A stretch of 64,000 nt of DNA from Beijerinckiaceae bacterium (GTDB lineage Bacteria > Pseudomonadota > Alphaproteobacteria > Rhizobiales > Beijerinckiaceae), in assembly GCA_965198495.1 (NCBI GenBank), contig CBDAPL010000002.1, positions 467,642-531,641 of the forward strand, given 5' to 3'. The notes beneath the pieces were generated by a model. That model ran no database searches. It was not told the origin of the DNA and worked only from the letters and a program-made list of their open reading frames with translations. Position 1 is the first letter of the stretch, and every line of letters begins with the position of its first letter. Position numbers and translations under genes: made by a program. Below are positions 49,118-58,404 of this stretch, piece by piece.

Positions 49118-49491
49118 ACGCCCGTATCGGTCTCCTTGCCCTCATCCTGCTCAGCGTGGGGCTGAACGCAGCCGCACAGCTGTTCCTGCGCGCGGCGATG
49201 CGGGGCGGGCTGCCGGGCGGCAAGCCGCCAATCGCCATGCTGCTCGACATCGCGCTGCGACCCGGCATCGTCGCCGGGATCGCCTGCTACGGCTTCAGCC
49301 TGATCATGTGGATCGTCGTGCTCAGCCGCGCGGAAGCCTCCTTCGCCTACCCCTTCCTCGGGCTCGGCTTCGTGTTCGTCGCGTTGGCCTCGGCGATCCT
49401 GCTTGGCGAGAGCTTCACGGCGCGCAAGCTGCTCGGCACGCTGATCATCGCGGGTGGCGTTGTGGTGATGGCGGGGGCGCCCGGAAAGTAG
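49114..49491 (+). CDS. small EamA/SMR-like 4-TM protein (ArnE/ArnF-like flippase subunit)
   Basis: 125 aa, four hydrophobic helices. GTG start overlaps the upstream stop (GTGA). Confidence 0.62.
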   Translation: MNARIGLLALILLSVGLNAAAQLFLRAAMRGGLPGGKPPIAMLLDIALRPGIVAGIACYGFSLIMWIVVLSRAEASFAYPFLGLGFVFVALASAILLGESFTARKLLGTLIIAGGVVVMAGAPGK

Positions 49492-49662
49492 CTTTGATCC
49501 GCATGGCCTCTCGCGCTTGCGCTGCCGACCGCCGTAGCTATAGTCCGCCACCTTCACGGGCGACGCGTCCGACCTGGAGGATAACGCGACGGCAAACCCG
49601 GATGGGGCGCATCGCCAGCGAGGCGCTCGAAGCGCTTGGCGGCGCGCAAGCCGATGGTCGAC

Positions 49663-49752
49663 GGAGGGGTGGCCGAGTGGTTGAAGGCGCACGCCTGGAA
49701 AGTGTGTATACGGGAAACCGTATCGCGGGTTCGAATCCCGCTCCCTCCGCCA
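49663..49752 (+). tRNA. tRNA-Ser (anticodon GGA)
   Basis: GGAGGGGTGGCCGAGTGGTTGAAGGCGCACGCCTGGAAAGTGTGTATACGGGAAACCGTATCGCGGGTTCGAATCCCGCTCCCTCCGCCA. Long variable arm, anticodon loop CTGGAAA, encoded CCA. Confidence 0.92.
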
Positions 49753-50106
49753 CGGTCCGGCAAGTAGACGCGTTCTCTATATTTGAGTGACACGAATAGC
49801 CCAAGCAAATACAGGCTTATAGCGCAGTCACCTACGCACTGCCATCAGACCAAATCTGCTAGATTTTTGCTCTCCGATCCTGTCGTTCTCCGAACCTGTG
49901 TACTTTTCAATTTAGTACGCGTTTGGTAAAAGCGAACAGGCGCAACGAGTTAGTCGAAGCTGGTGGACGCGAAGTTGCGGTCAGTTCTTGCCTACCAAAA
50001 CTGTAAGAATTTGCTATGAGCCGCACTCAAGCAGAGATCGACTTCTACCGCAGCGGCACATCACTTTGCGCGCGTCACCAGCCGCTCCGCGCTGCCAAGT
50101 GGCAGC

Positions 50107-50802
50107 TCAGCCCCGCACGAGGGACTGCAAGCGTTGTTGTGCTGCCTGGGTAGCCTGCGCCTTGGCGTTCATGGTGGCGAGCAGGACACTCAGCTTCTGT
50201 TGCAAAGCGGGATCTCGCACCTGAACCTGCGCGCCTTCCAGCGAAACCTGGTTGCGATGCTGCGCAAGAAAGTCGCCGACGTCGATGGACGCGGCCAAGG
50301 CGTCCTCCGCCAACGGTAGCGCTTGCTGGAATGCCTGCGCTGGGCCCGCCACATCCCGCTGATACGCGGCATCGAATGTCATCTTCAGCTCGGCTGATTG
50401 GCTTAGGGCGGCGTGGGCAGCTTCGGCCCTGGCGAATTGTTCGTCCAAGGCGGTGCGTATCTCGCCCATGCCGTGCCGCACGATGACTAGATCGCCGCGG
50501 CGGGCGACCAGATCCTGTAAGGAGGTGACCGTGCCACCGGTGACGGCCCGCGTCATGGGCGTCGTCACGCGTTGGCTAACGCCATCGTTGAAATCTGTGA
50601 TGATGGCGTATTGCGCGGCGAACTTTGGCCATGCCTTGGCCTCGTCCGGTGTGGGATGCGGCACATGAATGCCGGGCTTGTCGATAATACGCGTCTGGAG
50701 GAAGGAAATGAAGTCGCGCTGCTGTGTGGCGTCGCTGCTGTCACAGGCTGCAAGGGAATGCGACAACAAAAGAAGAAGCGAAATCACGAATAAGCGGGGC
50801 AT
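50107..50802 (-). CDS. DUF3053 (YiaF)-like lipoprotein
   Basis: MPRLFVISLLLLLSHSLAAC lipobox, followed by DFISFLQTRIIDKPGIHVP, as I recall for the YiaF-like family. Start at the internal ATG at 50802. Confidence 0.5.
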   Translation of the reverse strand: MPRLFVISLLLLLSHSLAACDSSDATQQRDFISFLQTRIIDKPGIHVPHPTPDEAKAWPKFAAQYAIITDFNDGVSQRVTTPMTRAVTGGTVTSLQDLVARRGDLVIVRHGMGEIRTALDEQFARAEAAHAALSQSAELKMTFDAAYQRDVAGPAQAFQQALPLAEDALAASIDVGDFLAQHRNQVSLEGAQVQVRDPALQQKLSVLLATMNAKAQATQAAQQRLQSLVRG

Positions 50803-51207
50803 CTGAATCTCCGAGCTCGACACAGGCTGGAGCGCGACACCGCGGCCGCGCAATCATGCCCGGAGATGCGTTTCGAGGCCATGGGCTATCGATTGTTCTA
50901 GGCTTTGTACAGGCAAAAATAGCGATCGCAGCTGGTCGAAGCATCTCGGCAGAATCCGGCACTCGGCCGCGTGCTTCAGCCCCCCCTGATGTTGCTTGGT
51001 AGCTTGAAGCTCGATCGACCAGAGCTGGCCGTAAGCGGCTCGGAAGCTTTGGGGCAGGCATCGACCATAGCTGCCATTGGCCTCCAGGCAGCATTCGATC
51101 CTTCTCGGACCTTCGCAAGGTCTGCTTCCGGTCGCTTACACGGCGCTTTGACGAGCTGCAATCAGAGGGAGAATCTGCCACACGATCTCCAGCAGATACT
51201 GGTGGTG

Positions 51208-52640
51208 ATGGGTACGATGGCGTTCGTTCGGAACCTGTCAATTCGCGTACCGTGGCACGACCGGGGCTGGGATGGGCACGTCTGCGATGCTCCCTCGGCA
51301 AACAGCGCATGCCTTGCGCTCAAGCTCATTGCGGAGAACCGACGCGATGCCGTCGAGGACGCCGTTCACGGGGAGGCTTTCGAGACCCTGACTGACGCGC
51401 AGACGCCGCCTTGCGTTCGGACGAGCTCGGCTTTTCTGAGCCAGCATCCGCACGCCTTCCAGAGCGTGATGGCTTAATCTAGATGGAGCAAGGACCACGG
51501 GCATATCCTGCCCCGGACCGTTCATCTGCCAGCCTGGGGCGCGCTGACGATCCCGTATCGCTGGATGCTGAAGGAGAGCGGGTTTCGGCTCGCGCAGGAG
51601 CTGGAGCTCGATACCTCTTCCGACCGCGAGCCTGATGAGCCGCCGTAGCTTGCGAACACAAGCTGGATTCAGGGTTTCTCCAACCGGGAGGCCTTGCTGG
51701 AGGCCTTCGCGGCGCCGCTCATCGAGCAGCAAAGCCTCGTCCTCTTCTACACGACGCGAACTCCGCTCGTTGACGATGAACGCCGCATCATCCTCGGCGC
51801 CGCGCTCCTCGAGAAAAAGCATAGTCTTGCCGAGTATTCCTACAAGCCGGGCTAGGGCGGCAAGGCTTCAAGCGATGGTGTGGGAGCGTCCCCTACAGCA
51901 TTCGCTCCGGCCCGTGCGCGGCGGTGCGGGTCTGACGGGCGGCTTCGTCATGCCTTACCAGGCCGTGTTGCACGAGCTGGAGCGCAACGCCGACCTCGAT
52001 CCGCTCGACTACATTGCCTTCGCGCCGGAGGATTCCGCGCGCAGTTTTCATACGGCAGCGAGCAGGTCACGCACGGCGCAGCTGCCGCTGCTCTCGTTTC
52101 GGCACGGGAGGCCCTTGAGAGAACAGCCAACATCCTGACCGGTCCCTGGGAGCGATATATCGCCTGGATCGACGATCGCCTCGGCCGCTTGTGGAAGCTG
52201 CAAGGGACACGCCCTCGATCAACGCCTCGGCGCAGGCGGTCTCGACGGCGGGCCGGCTCCCGGCCTTGGCGTCATTCTCTCCGCCCTACATCCCGGCTTC
52301 AACGGCACGCTCTTCTCCATGGCGCTTGCCGAGGGACTCGAGGTGAACGCGGACCCCTGGCCGCTTATCGACGCGGTCCTCTCTGGCAAGCGCAAGCCGC
52401 CGAAAGGCGCGCCGTACGTCACCGGGATGCTGATGAAACGGTGGGAGCGGCTTAAGATCAAAGCCGGCGGAGATCGACCGGCTGAAACTACTTGCGCGGT
52501 TCGAGCTCACGACCGAGCAGGCGCAGCGCGCTCAAAATGGACGCGGCCGGCATCCTCAGTAATCCCTATCTTTTCTTTGAGGATGACAGGACCGAGTACG
52601 ATCCGATCGCCTTCGCAACGATCGATTGCGGTCTTTATCC
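51208..52640 (+). pseudogene. decayed and 3'-truncated large gene of unknown family (N-terminal RVPWHDRGWDGHVC motif)
   Basis: Coding-like sequence is interrupted by in-frame TAA 51475, TAG 51646 and TAG 51853, then by at least four frame changes, and ends at a junction with an integrase fragment. Confidence 0.65.
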
Positions 52641-53009
52641 TGGAGTGGAAGTCGCTTCCGCACACCGACACCGAGCAGTTGATGGTCGGCGGCTGCACGC
52701 CGCTCTCGGTCTGATGGACCTGGAAGCGACGAATGTCCTCGTCCGTCGCCGGTGCGCGGTTCGGCTCACGACCGAGCAGGCGCAGCGCGCTCAAAATGGA
52801 CGCGGCCGGCATCCTCAGTAATCCCTATCTTTTCTTTGAGGATGACAGGACCGAGTACGATCCGATCGCCTTCGCAACGATCGATTGCGGTCTTTATCCT
52901 GGAGTGGAAGTCGCTTCCGCACACCGACACCGAGCAGTTGATGGTCGGCGGCTGCACGCCGCTCTCGGTCTGATGGACCTGGAAGCGACGAATGTCCTCG
53001 TCCGTCGCC
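52494..53009. repeat. tandem duplication, 2 x ~257 bp (52494-52750 and 52754-53009)
   Basis: By direct comparison the copies are identical except for one 1-bp indel (tcgagctc vs tcggctc). A ggt spacer separates them. Confidence 0.93.
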
Positions 53010-53194
53010 GTGTCGGGGGCACGACCGAGGAAGGCCGCGAAGCCGCTCACGACGCGTAGATAATCGCGCTGCGTCTCCTCGCGCAGGCCGCGCATGGCCA
53101 TGTCTTCGAGCATGCGTCGGCGCAGCGAGCTGACGGGGCGCAGGATGGATTGGTTGGACACGGATCGTCCCCGAGCTGAAGGTTGACCCTTCAT
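52909..53194 (-). pseudogene. tyrosine recombinase/integrase N-terminal (SAM-like domain) fragment
   Basis: RRRMLEDMAMRGLREETQRDYLRVVSGFAAFLGRAPDTATDEDIRRFQVHQTESGVQPPTIN resembles the N-terminal core-binding domain of integrases. The catalytic domain is absent. Confidence 0.55.
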
Positions 53195-53227
53195 GCTCGG
53201 AGCCCAACCCGGCCCCTCAACCTCCGC

Positions 53228-54252
53228 TAGCTAGAGCTGATTCCGATCATGTTGGATCGTAAGCATCGTATCCTGATGCGGCGATGTAGTTTCGACATTC
53301 TTGTTGTTTGAAGCCCGTGAAGGCCTTTCGGATGGTCTGCCACAGCGCGGGGATGGTGCGCGCGGCGGCGGTGCGCAGCAAGGCCTTCAACTTGGCGAAG
53401 AGCTGCTCGATCGGGTTGAAGTCCGGCGAGTAGGACGGCAGGTAGAGCAGTCGGGCGCCGACCCTTTCGATCGCCTCGCGCACGCCCGTCACCTTGTGGA
53501 CGGAGAGATTGTCCATGATCACGACGTCGCCCGGTTCGAGCAGGGGCGCCAGCGTATCGGCGACGTAGCTGCGGAAGTGCGCGCCCGTCGTTGCGCCGTC
53601 CTTGAGGTCGATGGCCAGCGGCCCGAGGCGCCCAGTGCAGCCGTGACGGTGGTGGTTTTGTAGTGGCCCTGCGGTACCGCGATGCGACAGCGTTGGCCGC
53701 GCGGGGCGCGGGCGTAGCGGCGCACCATGTTGGTGGCTGCGGCGGTCTCGTCGATGAAGACCAGACGCTCGGGATCGAGGTCGGGTTGGCCTTCGAACCA
53801 GGCCAGTCGCGCCGCCTTCACGTCCGGCCGGTCTTGCTCGGCGGCGTGAAGCGCCCCTTTTTACGGGTGATCCCGTGGCGGGCGAAGAACCGAGACAGGC
53901 CGCTGGTGCTGGTTTGCACGCCGCGCTCCCCGAGCAGATCGCGCAACTCGCGCAAGAAGATCTGCGGCTGCTCCCTCACAGGTTTTCAGGATCAGGGCGG
54001 CCTGCGCCTCGACGCGATGCGAGGCGTGATCTCCGCCCGTCGGCTTGGCCGCAATGCGGCCGTCCCGCCGGACCTGGGCGTGCCAGCGGATCGCCGTCGC
54101 CACGCCGATGCCGAAGCGCTCGGCGGCTTTACGACAGGAGGCACCGGCCTCGATCGCCGCGATCACGCGGTGGCGCAGGTCGAGTGATAAGGCGGCTGCC
54201 ATGGCGGCACTCCCTTGCGGACCAACGCAAGAGAATCAGAACTGCCGCCGCT
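53228..54252 (-). mobile_element. IS630 family insertion sequence (ends approximate)
   Basis: Transposase segments plus an inverted ctgattc/gaatcag near both ends (53237-53243 and 54232-54238). Exact inverted repeats and the TA duplication are not resolved. Confidence 0.7.
53247..54202 (-). pseudogene. IS630 family transposase, frameshifted
   Basis: HTH part (MAAALSLDLRHRVIAAIEAGASCRKAAERFGIG..), DDE part (LVFIDET..) and C-terminal part (IMDNLSVHK..YLPSYSPDFNPIEQ) lie in different frames. Frame changes occur near 53995, 53860 (a-aaa-agg-gg run) and 53640. Confidence 0.78.
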
Positions 54253-54384
54253 AAGCCAGGCTGCGACTCGGCTCGCTGGGGAACGGCTCTATCGACCATG
54301 TCTACACACCGACTCGCCACGTGGACTCCCGCGAAGCGGGTTCGTGCTTGGCGCAGAGCGGAACGTCCGCTTGTCGGCATTGTG

Positions 54385-54790
54385 TTAAAGTTGGCTGCTG
54401 GCGCCTTGCGGAAGCGCCCGCCGCTGCTCGCCCCAAACTGTTGAGAAAGGCTGCAGCAGCAGGGCTGCCTCAATGCCGTCTGCCTGCCGCCCTTCGACGA
54501 TCGCCTCAACAAGGTCCGGTTGCCAGCAAGGTGAGCCGTAGCACCCGGCTGACGTAGGACGGGTTGATCTTCTCGGCAGCGGCAAGCTCCGCGGCGGAGC
54601 CATAGCGACCACTCTCAAGCAGCTTGTTCCACCTGTGGGCACGCGCGAGCGCCTTGACCAGCGTGCTGTCAATGCGAGGTCGCGGTAGGGCCAGAGTGCT
54701 GCCGTCGGCGGCGATGGCAAGCTTGCGGCCGCCGCGCTTGCGGATGACGAACGGCACCCGCACGGTGAGGGTCTGCGCCGGCGCGGTCAT
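54385..54790 (-). pseudogene. frameshifted copy of the small HTH-like gene found at 58021-58404
   Basis: The first about 90 aa differ at only 5 positions from the intact copy. The reading frame then switches (..LRLTLLA / DLVEAIVEGRQADGIEAALLL..). Confidence 0.65.
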
Positions 54791-54984
54791 GCTGCCTTCC
54801 GAAGATTGGCGCCGCTCCCGGAGATATCCCGCGCCAAGTGGGCCAGCCCGTCGACACGCAGGCGCAGGTCAAAGCCTTGCTCGCCAACGTCGATGCGCTC
54901 CACCAGCAGCTGGACGATGCGTGCCTGCTCGGCGGGGGAACAGCTCGTCCCGGAGTGGGTCGAGGTCCGCCACGCTCGCCGCAC
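54787..54984 (-). pseudogene. C-terminal remnant of a large serine recombinase
   Basis: DLDPLRDELFP / AEQARIVQLLVERIDVGEQGFDLRLRVDGLAHLARD matches the C-terminus of the intact recombinase at 58401-59759. Homology stops at 54984. Confidence 0.65.
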
Positions 54985-55134
54985 TAAAGTGGACTCCCAT
55001 GGCAGGCTGACGAGGTGGGATGTCATCGGCTTCGCGGAACCACTGCTTCAAGGACTGGGCCAGGCAACGAGAGATAGAGGGTAGTTGCTAGTTGCGCACC
55101 TTGGACCTAGTCGTCTCTCGTTCGAGGATTGATC

Positions 55135-57234
55135 ATGGTCGCAGGTCGTCGGTCACTTCCCATTCTTTGTGGAGCGATGCTGACATCGGCTCTTCTAGCT
55201 ATTTTTCCTGCGGCGGCTCGCGCGAGTACCGAACTGTGCGGCCCTGGATGGCGGATTGCTGCCGGTACAAGGGATGAGTGCCTCAACCTCGCGGCTTTGA
55301 CCCCCGGGAACGACACGCGCGTCAACCTGCTCCTGCTGCTCCTTGATCGCGACGGCGCGCCGTCCACCTCGGCAGACGCCGTCACCGATCCCGTTCTCGG
55401 ATGGCGTGAGTTCCGCAAGCATTTCGTCACTACCAAAGACAACAGCGTGCTTGGCACTCCTACCGGCGAGGGGTCGCTGTGCCTGAGCGATGGAGCTGGC
55501 GCGTCCGCCTTCTTCGCCGCGATCAAGGCCGCGGATGACCTGTCGGTACCTGATCGTGACGCCCTCGTCCAAGCGCGCGAGACGATCCAATTGGTCTGCG
55601 CTGGACGTCACGTCGATCCTCCCTTGCAGGATGATTTGATCAGCCTGATGCGGACGAGCACCGGCAAAGCCTTCGCAACATATCTGCACGGCGCAGCCGC
55701 GTTCTACGCGACGCGGTTCAAAGATGCAGCCGTCGACTTCGGGCTGGCGCGCAAGAGTTCAAACTCCTGGCTTGCCGATGCCGCCGACTACATGGTGGCT
55801 CGAACGGAGGTCAACCGGGCGCAGGTCGGCGCCTTCGACGCGTATGGGTCGTTCGCCGGCAGCGTGCACGTCGACCAGCTGGCGGCGGCGAGCGCTCAGG
55901 CGAGCCTGGAGGATTACCTCAGGAAGCATCCTGACGGTCGCTATGCGAAGTCCGCGCGCGGCCTGATGCGTCGCGTCGCCTGGTTTGCCGGCTGGACCGG
56001 GAAGCTCGCCGACCTTTACAGCGCTCTCTTGGCGCAACCGGCCTCGGAGAGAGGTCTCGACGAATTGGCGTTGGTCGAAGAGATCGACAGCAAGCTGTTG
56101 CCAGACCTCAAGCCCGAGATGACGCACGACCCGCTCCTGCTGGCCGTCCTCGATTTGAGAAGCATGCGTGCCCCGGCAGATCCCAAGCCAGACGCAGGGC
56201 GGGCTACGGGTTTCGGCCAGGCCCGGCTGGACGCGCAACGAGCGGCCTTCGCATCGGCAATACCATTGTGGGAGTTCCTGTCGGCGTCCGCGGCGTTCTA
56301 CGTCGAAGGCGCCAGCGAGCCCGTCGTCCAAAGCCTCCTCGACGAAACGCGGCGTCGCGACGGCGATTACCTTTGGTTCAGCCGTCAATTCCTGCGCGGG
56401 ATGGCGCTGGAAGCCAGGGACGACCGCAACACGCAAGGCTTCTGGAAGGAACTCTACCCAGCGGCGAACCGGCCCTTCGAGCAGCCCACCGTCGAACTTG
56501 CCCTGGCGCTGCACGATGAACGGCACGCCGACGTCAAGGACGTGTTCACACCCGGCTCGGCGGTCCGCAACTCTGCCATGCGGAAGATCCTCATCGAGAA
56601 CGTAGCTGGTCCCTCTCTCCTGCGATCACTGACGCAAGGGGGCTCGAGCAGTCGAAAAGAGCGCGACGTCGCGCTGTTCACCCTCCTGCGCAAGGACCTC
56701 ACGCATGGGTTCTACGCCGATTTCCAGCGCGACGTGTCGGACATCGCCGACGACAAATCCGTTCCCGCGACCCGTCCGGACCCTTCAACGCGCGACGACC
56801 GCCTCGATATCTTCTTGAAGAGCGCGGCGATCGGCGACATCGCTTGTCCGACAATCGCATCCATCGTCTCGCATCTTGCGCAGCGCCCCGGCGCCGAAAG
56901 GGATCGTCTTTGCCTCGCCGAGTTCGTGCGCCTCAACGATGATTTGCTGGATATGACGCCCGCCAAGGGCGAGCTGGGCAGCGAGCCATCGATGTTCCCA
57001 GGGCAACCGCTGACGAGGGCTGCCGTGTACCATGCCATCATCGCCGACGCGGGCGCCGCGGCGGACGATCGGTCTTATGCGCTGTACCGCGCGGTGAAGT
57101 GCTACGAGCCGAGCAGCATCAATCGCTGCGGCGGGGTGGACGTATCCAAGGCCGTGCGCAAGGCTTGGTACTACCAACTCAAGCGCGAGTATCCGACATC
57201 TCGTTGGGCCAAGGATCTCCCTTACTGGTGGTAG
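55135..57234 (+). CDS. secreted protein of unknown function (~699 aa)
   Basis: Signal peptide (..LLAIFPAAARAST). Long uninterrupted ORF preceded by gagga 6 nt before the ATG. No motif recognised. Confidence 0.7.
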   Translation: MVAGRRSLPILCGAMLTSALLAIFPAAARASTELCGPGWRIAAGTRDECLNLAALTPGNDTRVNLLLLLLDRDGAPSTSADAVTDPVLGWREFRKHFVTTKDNSVLGTPTGEGSLCLSDGAGASAFFAAIKAADDLSVPDRDALVQARETIQLVCAGRHVDPPLQDDLISLMRTSTGKAFATYLHGAAAFYATRFKDAAVDFGLARKSSNSWLADAADYMVARTEVNRAQVGAFDAYGSFAGSVHVDQLAAASAQASLEDYLRKHPDGRYAKSARGLMRRVAWFAGWTGKLADLYSALLAQPASERGLDELALVEEIDSKLLPDLKPEMTHDPLLLAVLDLRSMRAPADPKPDAGRATGFGQARLDAQRAAFASAIPLWEFLSASAAFYVEGASEPVVQSLLDETRRRDGDYLWFSRQFLRGMALEARDDRNTQGFWKELYPAANRPFEQPTVELALALHDERHADVKDVFTPGSAVRNSAMRKILIENVAGPSLLRSLTQGGSSSRKERDVALFTLLRKDLTHGFYADFQRDVSDIADDKSVPATRPDPSTRDDRLDIFLKSAAIGDIACPTIASIVSHLAQRPGAERDRLCLAEFVRLNDDLLDMTPAKGELGSEPSMFPGQPLTRAAVYHAIIADAGAAADDRSYALYRAVKCYEPSSINRCGGVDVSKAVRKAWYYQLKREYPTSRWAKDLPYWW

Positions 57235-57941
57235 GCACCGCTCGGCAGCTCCTTGCCCTCGTCTTTGCGCTTGGGCTGAGCGGGTCCGCGTCGGCGACAG
57301 GGAGGGTAGACGCGGGCGACTTCACATCGTTCTGGCTGTGGGCGGGGGTGCGTTCGCAGGCGGTGCTGGAGCGGGCCGAATGCATCTACCTGTTGCAAGG
57401 CGAGGTCAGGAAAGAGGACCCGGTCCGCATCGTATCGCTGCGAGCGGCCGTGCCACATGTGCGCGGCGCCGACGTCTGGCTCGTGGTTCGCGTCGAGACG
57501 CTGGCATGGCCGGAGACCATCTATCCACAACTCGAACGAGAACTCGCCCGATGGCGCGCGGCGGGAAACCACGTCATTGGTCTGCAGGTCGACTTCGACG
57601 CGCGGACGCGCCATCTCGCGGAGTACGCGGCCTTCCTGCGCAACCTGCGCCATCGTCTGCCAGCGGAGTACAAGCTCGGCATCACCGGCCTGCTGGACTG
57701 GAGCGCCAATGGGGATCCATCCGGCCTCGCTGCGCTGGCGGGGACGATCGATGAAGCGGTCTTGCAGATCTACCAGGGCCGGCACGTTATACCCGGCTAC
57801 GCCGCCTATCTACGAAAGCTGGACCGGATGACCGTGCCGTTCCGCATTGGGCTGCTGCAGGGTGGCGAGTGGGAAGCACCCGCGTCCTTGAAGCGAAACC
57901 CCAAGTTCCGCGGCTACATCGTCTTCCTGGTCAATCGCTGA
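57228..57941 (+). CDS. DUF3142-like protein with signal peptide
   Basis: LALVFALGLSGSASA signal, then FWLWAGV..IYLLQGEV..GLQVDFDA..LLDW..LQIY, as I recall for DUF3142. GTG start overlaps the upstream gene by 7 nt. Confidence 0.6.
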   Translation: MVGTARQLLALVFALGLSGSASATGRVDAGDFTSFWLWAGVRSQAVLERAECIYLLQGEVRKEDPVRIVSLRAAVPHVRGADVWLVVRVETLAWPETIYPQLERELARWRAAGNHVIGLQVDFDARTRHLAEYAAFLRNLRHRLPAEYKLGITGLLDWSANGDPSGLAALAGTIDEAVLQIYQGRHVIPGYAAYLRKLDRMTVPFRIGLLQGGEWEAPASLKRNPKFRGYIVFLVNR

Positions 57942-58020
57942 GGGATGTCGGCAAGCATTCGATGCCTGCTTCTCGAAGCACCGAGCTCAGGTCCAGTTGG
58001 CGCGAAGCTGCCGCAGCGTG

Positions 58021-58404
58021 TCACGTTAGCTTTTGCCGCTGCTCGCTCCAATCGGCTGAGAACGGCCGCAACAGCACATCCGCCTCAATGCCGTCGGCTT
58101 GCCGTCCTTCCACAATCGCCTCGACGATGTCAGGCGCCAGGAGCGTCAAGCGCAAAACCCGGCTGACGTAGGAGGGGTTGATCTTCTCAGCTGCCGCCAG
58201 CTCCGCGGCGGAGCCATAGCGCCCGTTCTCCAGCAGCCTGTTCCACCTGTGGGCGCGCGCGAGCGCCTTGACGAGCGTGCTGTCGATGCGCGGGCGCGGT
58301 GGAGCCAACGTGCTGCCGTCGGCGGCGATGGCGAGCTTGCGGCCGCCGCGCTTGCGGATGGTGAACGGCACTCGCACGGTGAGGGTCTGCGCCGGCGCGT
58401 TCAT
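58021..58404 (-). CDS. small DNA-binding-like protein coupled to serine recombinase
   Basis: 127 aa. AAELAAAEKINPSYVSRVLRLTLLAPDIVEAIVEGRQ (HTH-like). ATGA overlap with the recombinase stop. Confidence 0.65.
   Translation of the reverse strand: MNAPAQTLTVRVPFTIRKRGGRKLAIAADGSTLAPPRPRIDSTLVKALARAHRWNRLLENGRYGSAAELAAAEKINPSYVSRVLRLTLLAPDIVEAIVEGRQADGIEADVLLRPFSADWSEQRQKLT

Noticed and set aside
49753-50106. Small AT-rich inverted repeats after tRNA-Ser (aaatct gct agattt near 49852-49866, and gtac....gtac near 49899-49919), considered as att core or terminator.
   Set aside because: The stems are too short and AT-rich to distinguish from chance. No matching copy was seen elsewhere in the window.
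51238-51822. A 194-aa minus-strand ORF and other ORFs (51635-52138, 51880-52455, 52319-52714) in the 51-52.7 kb region.
   Set aside because: They are frame fragments or the antisense shadow of the single decayed plus-strand gene described above.
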